Shown here in pieces: positions 9,557-18,159 of a stretch of 32,000 bases of DNA (positions are counted from its first letter, which is position 1; every line of letters starts with the position of its first letter). The DNA comes from Flavobacteriaceae bacterium (lineage in GTDB: Bacteria > Bacteroidota > Bacteroidia > Flavobacteriales > Flavobacteriaceae). The stretch covers positions 780,001 to 812,000 of the forward strand of contig OZ245049.1 of assembly GCA_965224465.1 (NCBI GenBank), written 5' to 3'. Made by a program: the position numbers and the translations under genes. The notes under the pieces are model-generated. The model was not told the DNA's origin and did no database searches. It worked only from the letters and a program-made list of their open reading frames with translations.

Positions 9557-9700
9557 TTAATTCAAACTTAATTCAATGTAGTCGTTTTTGTTGGTTTTAA
9601 CAACCCTAAGCTGTTTAGAGTAACTAAGCAGATATTGAATTATTTCTTTATTTGGTAACTTCGCAACAAGCGAAGGTTTTTTAGTGTAAATTTTCATCAT
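9557..9700 (-). CDS. Unannotated 47-aa ORF downstream of the sigma factor gene (hypothetical small protein)
   Basis: My hand translation is MMKIYTKKPSLVAKLPNKEIIQYLLSYSKQLRVVKTNKNDYIELSLN*. It is below the ORF-track length cutoff. It starts 56 nt after the sigma gene stop on the same strand and is followed directly by the strong terminator at 9516-9549. Confidence 0.4.
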   Translation of the reverse strand: MMKIYTKKPSLVAKLPNKEIIQYLLSYSKQLRVVKTNKNDYIELSLN

Positions 9701-9755
9701 ATACCGTAAATTTTAAATAGCTTACATATACAACGATTATACTCTTAACTTATTG

Positions 9756-10340
9756 TTAGTTTACTAAAATTAAGTTATGTACCTCGATTAATTTTCTTAA
9801 GTTAATCAATGCGTAACGCATCCTTCCTAGTGCAGTATTAATACTAACATTTGTACATTCAGATATTTCTTTAAAACTCATATCTTTGTACATTCTCATA
9901 ATAAGTACTTCTTTTTGATCATTCGGAAGCTCTTCTACAAGCCCTCTTAAATCATCAGAAATTTGTTCTTTAATCATTTGTTTTTCAACATTCAGTACAT
10001 CATCACTAATTACAGAAAATATATCAAATTCATCCGTATTTTGAAATGTAGGCATGCGGTTTGATTTTCTAAAATGATCAATAATTAAATTATGAGAAAT
10101 TCTCATAATCCAAGGTAAAAACTTACCTTCTTCATTGTATGCTCCTCTTTTTAAGGTCTTAATAACCTTAATAAAAGTATCTTGGAAAATATCGTTTGCT
10201 ATTTCTTTGTCAAAAACTTTGGACATAACAAAACTAAACACACGTTGTTGGTGTCTTGCTATTAATATCTCTAATGATTTTTCGTTTCCGTCTATGTACT
10301 CCTTTACTAAAACGGCATCTGTAGTTTTAATATTTCTCAT
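9756..10340 (-). CDS. RNA polymerase sigma-70 family factor, ECF-type
   Basis: Region 2 (DIFQDTFIKVIKTL, FLPWIMRISHNLIIDHFRK) and region 4 (QKEVLIMRMYKDMSFKEISECTNVSINTALGRMRYAL). I used the first ATG at 10340; the track begins at a GTG at 10352. Confidence 0.85.
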   Translation of the reverse strand: MRNIKTTDAVLVKEYIDGNEKSLEILIARHQQRVFSFVMSKVFDKEIANDIFQDTFIKVIKTLKRGAYNEEGKFLPWIMRISHNLIIDHFRKSNRMPTFQNTDEFDIFSVISDDVLNVEKQMIKEQISDDLRGLVEELPNDQKEVLIMRMYKDMSFKEISECTNVSINTALGRMRYALINLRKLIEVHNLILVN

Positions 10341-10549
10341 ATCGTTATTCACATTTTAGGGGTTAGTGAAAATTATGTAAATTATAAATAAAAGTAATAT
10401 TGTTTTATAAGCATGTGTTTTTGATACTGCAAATATGCGTTTTATTTATTTATAAAGCAAATTAATTGATAAATAAACGATTAAGAGTTAAATCCATATC
10501 GTTATTACATTAAATTAACAACAATACATAGAGAACCAATTCAAAAAAT

Positions 10550-10557
10550 TATCTTTG
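10550..10557 (+). promoter_or_regulatory. Candidate Bacteroidota -7 promoter box (TATCTTTG) for uvrA
   Basis: Exact match to the TAnnTTTG consensus, 20 nt upstream of the uvrA ATG. Confidence 0.45.
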
Positions 10558-10577
10558 CCTTTATTAGAAGAAATAAC

Positions 10578-13358
10578 ATGTACAATAATATAAATACACT
10601 GAGTCCAAAAGAGTTTATCATTATAAAAGGCGCAAAGCTTCATAATTTAAAAAATATAGATGTTGTTATTCCACGAAATAAATTAGTGGTTATTACAGGA
10701 CTGTCTGGATCTGGAAAGTCCAGCCTTGCTTTTGACACGCTCTACGCCGAAGGACAACGTAGATATGTAGAAAGTTTGTCTTCGTACGCACGTCAGTTTT
10801 TAGGAAGGCTCTCCAAACCAAAAGTAGATTTTATTAAGGGCATCTCCCCTGCTATTGCTATTGAACAAAAAGTAAATAGTACCAACCCTAGATCTACCGT
10901 AGGTACTTCTACCGAAATTTATGATTACTTAAAATTACTATTTGCACGTATTGGAAGAACCTATTCTCCCATTTCTGGCGAGGAAGTAAAAAAACATACG
11001 GTAGCTGATGTTATCTCTAAAATAAAAACAATTCCAGAAGGTTCAAAACTACTATTACTTGCACCTGTACATATTAGTGAAGAAAGAAATGTATTTCAAA
11101 CACTAAAATTATTAGCACAACAAGGCTATGCAAGAATCAAATACAAAGGAGAAATACTGCGTATCGAATCCATAGAGGAAGAAATAGATCGTAATTTTGA
11201 CCTTGTTATTGACCGTATTATTGTAAAAAATGATGAAGATTTTTTCAATCGATTGTCGGACGCCATACAAATTGCATTTTTCGAAGGAAAGGGAGCGTGT
11301 ATTATTGAGAACATTGCCACTAAAGATCAATTTAAGTTTAATAATAAATTTGAATTAGATGGAAAACAATTTTTAGAACTCAACACTCATTTGTTTAGTT
11401 TCAATAACCCTTATGGAGCTTGTCCTTCCTGTGAAGGCTATGGAAATATAATGGGAATAGATCAAGAATTGGTCATCCCAAACACTTCACTTTCTATTTA
11501 TGAAAATGCTATTTTACCCTGGAAATCAGATTCTTTCGTATCCTACAGAGAGCCTTTAATTCACAATGCCTACAAATACGACCTCCCCATTCACAAACCG
11601 TGGTTTGAATTAACTGATGTTCAGAAAAAATTGGTATGGGACGGAAACGAAAGCTTTGAAGGCCTCCACTCTTTTTTCAAACATTTAGAAGAGAAAAGCT
11701 ACAAAATCCAATATCGAGTAATGCTTTCTCGTTACCGAGGAAAAACAAAATGTACGAGCTGCCATGGAAAAAGATTGAGAGAAGAAACTTCTTTTGTTAA
11801 AGTAGCAGGTAAAAGCATCAATGACTTGGTGGATTTACCAATAGATGAACTCATGGTGTTTTTTAACACTATAGAATTGTCAAAAAACGATCGAGAGATA
11901 GCAAAACGGTTGTTGGTAGAAATCAATAATCGCATTCAGTTTTTACTCGATGTAGGACTTAGTTATTTAAGTCTAAACAGAACCTCAAACACCTTGTCTG
12001 GAGGAGAAAGTCAACGGATAAACATAGCTACTTCTATAGGCAGTAGCTTGGTTGGATCCATGTATATTTTGGATGAACCAAGCATTGGACTACACCCAAA
12101 AGACAGTGAACGCCTGATCAAAGTATTGTTAAAATTACGCGACTTAGGAAATACTGTAATCGTTGTAGAACACGATGAAGATATTATGAGGGCGGCAGAT
12201 GAAATCATAGATATTGGTCCAGAAGCAGGTACTTTTGGAGGAGAAGTTGTAGCTCATGGTGATTTTAATGCAATTTTAGCCTCTAATTCCTTGACTGCTC
12301 AGTATTTAAATGAGACACTCAAAATTGAAGTTCCGAAAAAACGAAGAACCTCCAAAAAATACATTCGCATTGAAGGCGCCAGAGAACATAATTTACAGAA
12401 TATAAATGTTACATTTCCTCTTGAATCCCTGACTGTAATTACAGGAGTATCTGGAAGTGGAAAAAGCACATTGGTAAAAAAGATTTTATACCCAGCCCTG
12501 CAAAAAATACTTGTTGGTTATGGCGAGAAACAAGGGCAATTTTCTGCGATTACAGGAGATTTTAAAAGCTTAGAACATGTAGAATTTATCACTCAAAATC
12601 CTATTGGTAGATCCTCTAGATCCAATCCGGTAACTTACATTAAAGCCTATGATGACATCCGTGCGTTGTTTGCCGCTGAAAAGCTATCTAGCATTCGAAA
12701 TTACAAAGCCAAACACTTCTCTTTTAATGTGGAAGGTGGCCGTTGTGAAATGTGTAAAGGAGAAGGTGTGGTTACTGTTGAAATGCAATTTATGGCAGAC
12801 GTACACCTAGAGTGCGAAACATGTAAAGGAAAACGATTTAAAAAAGAAGTCCTAGAAGTTAAGTTTTATGAAAAATCTATCAACGACATCCTAAACCTTT
12901 CTATTGACAATGCCATTTCGTTTTTTGAATGTCATAACGAACTTAAAATAAAACGAAAACTACAACCCTTACAAGATGTAGGACTTGGATATGTTCAATT
13001 AGGGCAATCTTCCTCTACGCTTTCTGGAGGAGAAGCACAACGCATTAAACTCGCTTCGTTTTTAGTCAAAGGAACCAGACAGAGTAAATCTTTGTTTATA
13101 TTTGATGAACCCACCACTGGACTTCATTTTCACGACATTAAAAAATTAATGGATTCTTTTAATTCTTTGATACATAACGGACATTCTATTATCGTAATTG
13201 AACATAATATAGAGATGATAAAATGTGCCGATTACATCATAGATTTAGGACCAGAAGGAGGTAAAAAAGGAGGGACACTTATCTTTGAAGGCACCCCAGA
13301 AAAACTACTTTTAAATACACAATCGCATACCGCCAAATATCTAAAAGGAAAAATATAA
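10578..13358 (+). CDS. uvrA: Excinuclease ABC subunit UvrA
   Basis: 926 aa with two ABC ATPase modules ([25 protein letters not shown]; [16 protein letters not shown]) and Cys-rich zinc modules ([16 protein letters not shown]...CETCKGKR). Confidence 0.96.
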   Translation: MYNNINTLSPKEFIIIKGAKLHNLKNIDVVIPRNKLVVITGLSGSGKSSLAFDTLYAEGQRRYVESLSSYARQFLGRLSKPKVDFIKGISPAIAIEQKVNSTNPRSTVGTSTEIYDYLKLLFARIGRTYSPISGEEVKKHTVADVISKIKTIPEGSKLLLLAPVHISEERNVFQTLKLLAQQGYARIKYKGEILRIESIEEEIDRNFDLVIDRIIVKNDEDFFNRLSDAIQIAFFEGKGACIIENIATKDQFKFNNKFELDGKQFLELNTHLFSFNNPYGACPSCEGYGNIMGIDQELVIPNTSLSIYENAILPWKSDSFVSYREPLIHNAYKYDLPIHKPWFELTDVQKKLVWDGNESFEGLHSFFKHLEEKSYKIQYRVMLSRYRGKTKCTSCHGKRLREETSFVKVAGKSINDLVDLPIDELMVFFNTIELSKNDREIAKRLLVEINNRIQFLLDVGLSYLSLNRTSNTLSGGESQRINIATSIGSSLVGSMYILDEPSIGLHPKDSERLIKVLLKLRDLGNTVIVVEHDEDIMRAADEIIDIGPEAGTFGGEVVAHGDFNAILASNSLTAQYLNETLKIEVPKKRRTSKKYIRIEGAREHNLQNINVTFPLESLTVITGVSGSGKSTLVKKILYPALQKILVGYGEKQGQFSAITGDFKSLEHVEFITQNPIGRSSRSNPVTYIKAYDDIRALFAAEKLSSIRNYKAKHFSFNVEGGRCEMCKGEGVVTVEMQFMADVHLECETCKGKRFKKEVLEVKFYEKSINDILNLSIDNAISFFECHNELKIKRKLQPLQDVGLGYVQLGQSSSTLSGGEAQRIKLASFLVKGTRQSKSLFIFDEPTTGLHFHDIKKLMDSFNSLIHNGHSIIVIEHNIEMIKCADYIIDLGPEGGKKGGTLIFEGTPEKLLLNTQSHTAKYLKGKI

Positions 13359-13410
13359 TGACTGGTGACTGGAAATTCTAACTATTTTATGCAATGTGAA
13401 AGTTAAAAAA

Positions 13411-14037
13411 CTATTCCTCGTCCAAAAACTCCTGAAATCTTGTAAAAAACAAACTCGCATGATAACCATCTATCAGGGCATGGTTAACATCCAAGGAAAC
13501 CGTCATACTATAACGTTCTTTATTTTTAGTGATCTTACTATACGCTAACTTTGGCACCGTTTCCATTTCTTTGCCTAATACAGGTTCTTTATGCCCTGTA
13601 AAATTCACCCAAGGAATGGCTGAGCAGTACACGCAATCCAAGGTGTTTACTGGGGGGAATAAATTCGTGGAATTATGAACCCGTTCTTTTTCTGCATCAA
13701 TATTTTTTTTAAAAACATCAAAATCTAAGTCATAATTAACAAAAGAAAACCCAAAAGTTTTATTCGCTCTTAAGATAGTTGTTGAGGCATTGATGGTTTC
13801 AAATACATGTACCTGCCCATCAATTACTCGATATTTAAAATTCTCAATACTATTGATGGCTTTCATACAGGCGTGTAGATATAACGCAAACACAGACGCT
13901 CCTTCTCTTTTTGCTTTTAACACAACTGCTGTAACATCTACAGCGGCAGTTAACCCAAAATAAGGATCAGAAAAACCAGAAAAAAACTCAAATATTTCTT
14001 TGCGTTCCCAGGTCGGAATATCTATTATTTTTATCAT
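13411..14037 (-). CDS. Chloramphenicol-acetyltransferase-like (CatA-family) O-acetyltransferase
   Basis: 208 aa. The CAT-like N-terminus is IDIPTWERKEIFEFF. The catalytic-His region is VNHALIDGYHASLFF. The true substrate is unknown. Confidence 0.75.
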   Translation of the reverse strand: MIKIIDIPTWERKEIFEFFSGFSDPYFGLTAAVDVTAVVLKAKREGASVFALYLHACMKAINSIENFKYRVIDGQVHVFETINASTTILRANKTFGFSFVNYDLDFDVFKKNIDAEKERVHNSTNLFPPVNTLDCVYCSAIPWVNFTGHKEPVLGKEMETVPKLAYSKITKNKERYSMTVSLDVNHALIDGYHASLFFTRFQEFLDEE

Positions 14038-14729
14038 TATAAATAAGGTAAAATATCTTTCAGCGTAGTTACGGTTCTATAGTCTGCATTATTTTGCTCT
14101 TCCATGGTTACCTCTTCATGTATCCACGTTGTGTGATACGGAACATGAATGGCAGATGCACCAATGCTAAGTAATGGTAAAATATCCGACTTCAGAGAAT
14201 TTCCAACCATTAAAAGTTCGGCAGGTATAATGTCCAAATGTTTTAAGATACACTTGTAATCCATTTCTTTTTTCTCACTCACCACTTCTATATGGTGAAA
14301 ATACTTCACCAATTTTGATTTTTTTAATTTACGTTCCTGATCTACTAAATCGCCTTTAGTTACTACTATTAATTTGTATTTTAATGATAGCTTTTGGAGT
14401 ACCATTTCAACATCGTCTAACAGCTCTATTGGTTGGTTCAGCATCTTTTTTCCGAAATTCAAAATACGCTCAATATCCTTCCCAGTCAACGTATAATTAG
14501 ATAACTCCAAGCCACACTCAATCATAGATAAGACAAACCCTTTAATTCCGTAGCCATACAAACTTAAATTTGAAATTTCTTTTTTAAAAAGTTCTTGATC
14601 TATTTTATACTTGGTTTCAAAACCGCTCAATAATGCAGCGAATTCTCCTTCTGTTTTTCTAAAATACGGTTCGTTTACCCATAAAGTATCATCCGCATCA
14701 AAAGCAATAACTTTTATATTTGTATACAT
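14037..14729 (-). CDS. HAD-superfamily hydrolase
   Basis: DxDxT motif in IKVIAFDADDTLW, and a late motif in MVGNSLKSDI. I chose the ATG at 14729; the track starts at a GTG at 14750. Its stop overlaps the CAT-like gene start by 1 nt (TAATG), which suggests co-translation. Confidence 0.8.
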   Translation of the reverse strand: MYTNIKVIAFDADDTLWVNEPYFRKTEGEFAALLSGFETKYKIDQELFKKEISNLSLYGYGIKGFVLSMIECGLELSNYTLTGKDIERILNFGKKMLNQPIELLDDVEMVLQKLSLKYKLIVVTKGDLVDQERKLKKSKLVKYFHHIEVVSEKKEMDYKCILKHLDIIPAELLMVGNSLKSDILPLLSIGASAIHVPYHTTWIHEEVTMEEQNNADYRTVTTLKDILPYL

Positions 14730-14749
14730 AGACAGTCCTGTTTTTTTCA

Positions 14750-14757
14750 CAAATATA
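14750..14757 (-). promoter_or_regulatory. Candidate -7 promoter box (TATATTTG on minus strand) for the HAD/CAT-like operon
   Basis: Plus-strand CAAATATA is the reverse complement of TATATTTG. It lies 21 nt upstream of the ATG at 14729 and directly abuts family-B repeat copy 1. Confidence 0.4.
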
Positions 14758-14857
14758 AGTCAATAACCTCGGACCAAGCCCACGAGGCATGAAAAAAAAA
14801 AAACCTTAATCATTTCGATGCAAGCATCGGGGAATTAAACCCACTGGTGGGATTAAA
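14758..14857 (+). repeat. Family-B intergenic repeat, copy 1
   Basis: About 80% identical over ~100 nt to 29170-29270 in the same orientation. The shared sequence is AGTCAATAACCTC...CATGAAAAA...CCTTAATCATTTC(G/A)ATGCAAG(C/T)ATC...GAATTAAACCCACTG..GGATTAAA. Confidence 0.8.
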
Positions 14858-14907
14858 TGAATGATAGCATTGTGCATTGAACCCCGTCTAATTGCTACGT
14901 AATTATG

Positions 14908-15066
14908 ATACCAATCACAATCCAAAACGACAGATATAAATAGTTTATGTTACGTTCTAGCGTTGTTAAAATTAGAACGACAGCTAAGGAAATCCTTACA
15001 TTTTTCGCCTAACTAAAACAAAAAACAATTCCATTTCTAAACCGTCACTTGAAATGTATTTGGTAC
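14908..15066 (-). repeat. Family-A intergenic repeat, copy 2
   Basis: Full-length alignment to the other family-A copies. Termini are ATACCAATCACAATCCAAAA ... TTGAAATGTATTTGGTAC. The hairpin is CATTTC-TAAACCGTCACTT-GAAATG, with a loop 1 nt shorter. Confidence 0.9.
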
Positions 15067-15164
15067 AAGTAGTGGGATCGCTGAATTTTAACTGCGGGAA
15101 TTTTAGACATAAGACGGGCAATACTATGGGCTATCCGTTGTGATACCTGCATACAAATTATTCA

Positions 15165-15192
15165 CAAAAAATCCCGCTTAAAAAGCGGGATT
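15165..15192 (-). terminator. Rho-independent terminator of glyA
   Basis: Stem AATCCCGC/GCGGGATT with loop TTAAAA. On the minus strand the hairpin is followed by TTTTTT. It lies 24 nt past the glyA stop. Confidence 0.85.
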
Positions 15193-15215
15193 CAATACTC
15201 TATATTTTAAATAAA

Positions 15216-16508
15216 CTATGCGTTTACTACTTTCTCCATTTTAAACAATGGGAGATCGCTCATTAAATCATGTACTTTATCTCCTACAGCTTCTAATATT
15301 GCTTCATCTTCAAAGTTTGTCAAAACTTCGTCCATCAAAGCAACAATAGTATCCATTTCAGATTCTACCATACCACGTGTCGTAACCGCTGCGGTTCCAA
15401 CTCTAATTCCAGAGGTGATAAAAGGAGATTTATCATCAAAAGGAACCATGTTTTTATTTACCGTAATTTCTGCTTTTACTAAGGCGTTTTCTGCTTCTTT
15501 ACCAGAAATATTTTTATTCCTAAGGTCTATTAACATACAGTGATTGTCTGTTCCACCAGAAATAATTTTATAGCCTCTTTTTACGAATGCTGCTGCCATG
15601 GCTGCTGCATTTTTCTTAACTTGAATCTGATAATGTACAAATTCTTCTGTCAATGCCTCTCCAAATGCAACTGCTTTTGCCGCAATTATATGCTCTAAAG
15701 GTCCGCCTTGCGTCCCTGGGAATACAGCAGAGTTCAAAATAGCAGACATTTTACGTAATTTCCCGCTTTTTAAGGTAATCCCAAATGGGTTTTCAAAATC
15801 TTTCCCCATCATTATCATTCCACCTCTAGGTCCACGTAAGGTTTTATGCGTTGTGGTAGTTACAATGTGACAATGTGGCAATGGGTCGTTTAATATTCCT
15901 GTAGCAATTAAGCCTGCAGGATGTGCAATATCAGCCATTAAAATAGCACCTACACTATCCGCAATTACACGAAAACGTTTAAAATCTAAATCTCTAGAAA
16001 AAGCAGAAGCACCCGCAATAATTAATTTAGGCTGTTCTTTAGTTGCTGTTTCTTGAATTTTATCATAATCTAATAAGCCTGTAGCTTCTTCTACACCATA
16101 AAATGATGTTTTGTATAATTTACCAGAAAAATTCACGGGAGAACCATGCGTTAAATGTCCACCATGTGATAAATCAAACCCTAATATTTTATCTCCAGGA
16201 GATAAACAAGCAAGATAAACAGCTGCATTTGCTTGTGAACCAGAATGTGGTTGCACGTTTACATACGCTGCTCCGAACAATTGTTTTGCACGGTCTATGG
16301 CTATTTGTTCTACTATATCTACTACTTCACAACCCCCGTAATACCTTTTATTTGGATAGCCTTCAGCATATTTATTTGTCAATACTGATCCCATAGCTTC
16401 CATCACTTCGTCACTTACAAAATTTTCTGAAGCGATTAACTCAATTCCATTAATTTGTCGATTTTTTTCATCCTGAATTAAATCGAATATGATTTGGTCA
16501 CGTTGCAT
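15216..16508 (-). CDS. glyA: Serine hydroxymethyltransferase
   Basis: 430 aa with canonical SHMT blocks ([35 protein letters not shown]). Confidence 0.97.
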   Translation of the reverse strand: MQRDQIIFDLIQDEKNRQINGIELIASENFVSDEVMEAMGSVLTNKYAEGYPNKRYYGGCEVVDIVEQIAIDRAKQLFGAAYVNVQPHSGSQANAAVYLACLSPGDKILGFDLSHGGHLTHGSPVNFSGKLYKTSFYGVEEATGLLDYDKIQETATKEQPKLIIAGASAFSRDLDFKRFRVIADSVGAILMADIAHPAGLIATGILNDPLPHCHIVTTTTHKTLRGPRGGMIMMGKDFENPFGITLKSGKLRKMSAILNSAVFPGTQGGPLEHIIAAKAVAFGEALTEEFVHYQIQVKKNAAAMAAAFVKRGYKIISGGTDNHCMLIDLRNKNISGKEAENALVKAEITVNKNMVPFDDKSPFITSGIRVGTAAVTTRGMVESEMDTIVALMDEVLTNFEDEAILEAVGDKVHDLMSDLPLFKMEKVVNA

Positions 16509-16541
16509 TTATTTAAATAATTTTAGATTAAAAATATAAAG

Positions 16542-16549
16542 CAAATGTA
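16542..16549 (-). promoter_or_regulatory. Candidate -7 promoter box (TACATTTG on minus strand) for glyA
   Basis: Plus-strand CAAATGTA is the reverse complement of TACATTTG and matches TAnnTTTG. It lies 34 nt upstream of the glyA ATG. Confidence 0.45.
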
Positions 16550-16556
16550 TACTTTT

Positions 16557-16578
16557 TTTACTTCTTTCAAGAAGTAAA
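16557..16578. promoter_or_regulatory. 22-bp perfect palindrome in the glyA/fahA divergent promoter region (candidate operator)
   Basis: TTTACTTCTT-TC-AAGAAGTAAA has 10-bp perfect arms and a 2-nt spacer. It starts 8 nt upstream of the candidate glyA -7 box. Confidence 0.4.
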
Positions 16579-16643
16579 TTATATATTTGATAACAAATAT
16601 TTTCAACCATAAATAAATAATCTTTACTTCATTTTTTTTTAAT

Positions 16644-16651
16644 TATATTTG
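16644..16651 (+). promoter_or_regulatory. Candidate -7 promoter box (TATATTTG) for fahA
   Basis: Exact TAnnTTTG match, 44 nt upstream of the fahA ATG. Confidence 0.45.
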
Positions 16652-16694
16652 AAATCGAACCTGTACTAATTTTAATCAAACTAACAACTTACCT

Positions 16695-17975
16695 ATGCAA
16701 ATAACCGCAAACAATCCAGCTAAAAAATCTTGGCTACCCGTAGAAAAGCAAAGTGATTTCCCTATTCAAAACATCCCATTCGGTGTTTTTATTACTAAAG
16801 ATGACCTTGTAACCATAGGCACACGAATTGGAGAATATGCCATAGACCTTGCTGCCATGCATCAATTGGGGTATTTTGAAGGTATAGAATTAACAGATGA
16901 TATTTTTTTACAAGACACTCTGAACGATTTTATTTCACATGGAAAAAAATGCTGGAGACAAGTTAGAAATCGCATTTCGGACATTTTTGATATAGAAAAT
17001 ACTGGATTACAAAACAGGAGTAAACACAAAGAGATCATTATTTTTGATGTAAATAAAATAGAAGTACTGCTCCCTGTAACTATAGGTGATTATACCGATT
17101 TTTATTCCAGTCGAGACCATGCTACCAATGTAGGGAAAATGTTTAGAGATCCCGAAAATGCGCTATTACCAAACTGGTTACACATTCCTGTTGGATACCA
17201 TGGTAGATCTTCTTCTATAGTAGTTTCAGGAACTCCCATACACAGACCAAAAGGACAAACCATGCCAAAAGATGCTACATCTCCTATATTTGGACCTTCA
17301 AAATTGATTGATTTTGAATTGGAAATGGCATTCATCACCACAGATGCCAATCATTTGGGAGATAGCATTGCCGTAAACGACGCTGAAGAATATATTTTTG
17401 GAATGGTATTGTTTAATGATTGGACCACAAGAGACATTCAAAAGTGGGAATACATACCTCTAGGTCCCTTTTTATCAAAGAATTTTGCCTCTACCATTTC
17501 TCCTTGGATTGTAACAATGGATGCATTAGAACCTTTTAGAGTCTCGTTAACTCCCCAAACCAATCCTAAGCCACTGGAATACCTTCAAGAAGACAAACAT
17601 ACTAGTTTTGATATAAAATTAGAAACCTTTATAGAAACAGAAAACGGAGACTTAAACAAAATGTGTGACTCCAATTTTAAATACATGTATTGGAGCATGG
17701 CGCAACAATTGACGCATCATACCGTAAACGGCTGTAATGTCAACGCTGGAGACATGTTTGGAAGTGGTACCATTTCTGGCCCTACCGAAGGGTCTTATGG
17801 TTCCATGTTAGAAATAGCATGGCAGGGCACAAAACCGGTACAGCTCAAAGATGGTAGCGAGCGAAAATTTATCAATGATAACGACAACGTAATTATGCGT
17901 GGCTATTGTGAAAAAGATGGTGTCCGCATCGGATTTGGAAAATGTACAGGTAAAATTTTACCAACAAAAAAATAA
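16695..17975 (+). CDS. fahA: Fumarylacetoacetase (fumarylacetoacetate hydrolase)
   Basis: 426 aa. The FAH N-terminal domain has FPIQNIPFGVF. The catalytic domain blocks are DFYSSRDHATNVG, VGYHGRSSSIVVSGTPI and FGMVLFNDWTTRDIQ. Confidence 0.9.
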   Translation: MQITANNPAKKSWLPVEKQSDFPIQNIPFGVFITKDDLVTIGTRIGEYAIDLAAMHQLGYFEGIELTDDIFLQDTLNDFISHGKKCWRQVRNRISDIFDIENTGLQNRSKHKEIIIFDVNKIEVLLPVTIGDYTDFYSSRDHATNVGKMFRDPENALLPNWLHIPVGYHGRSSSIVVSGTPIHRPKGQTMPKDATSPIFGPSKLIDFELEMAFITTDANHLGDSIAVNDAEEYIFGMVLFNDWTTRDIQKWEYIPLGPFLSKNFASTISPWIVTMDALEPFRVSLTPQTNPKPLEYLQEDKHTSFDIKLETFIETENGDLNKMCDSNFKYMYWSMAQQLTHHTVNGCNVNAGDMFGSGTISGPTEGSYGSMLEIAWQGTKPVQLKDGSERKFINDNDNVIMRGYCEKDGVRIGFGKCTGKILPTKK

Positions 17976-17978
17976 CAG

Positions 17979-18134
17979 CAATTACAATCCAAAACAACCA
18001 ATATAAATAATTTAGTTTACATTCTATAGGATTGAAAAACAAAAGGATACCTAAGACTATCCTTAGGTTATTCACCTAGCTAAAACAAAAAACAATACCA
18101 TTTCTAAACCGTCACTTGGAAATGTATTTGGTAT
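17979..18134 (-). repeat. Family-A intergenic repeat, copy 3
   Basis: Aligns to the other copies. It starts 4 nt after the fahA stop codon and ends 25 nt before the lipoprotein gene ATG. Its left terminus is truncated (CAATTACAATCCAAAA) and its right terminus is TTGGAAATGTATTTGGTAT. Confidence 0.88.
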
Positions 18135-18159
18135 AAGAGTACCCTTTTATAATATGATC

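Noticed and set aside
14826-14900. Strings resembling tRNA T-arms (GTGGGTTTAATTCCCC and GGGGTTCAATG on the minus strand) near family-B copy 1, considered as a tRNA fragment or integration att site.
   Set aside because: The flanking bases do not form a T-stem or acceptor stem. No integrase or tRNA gene is nearby.
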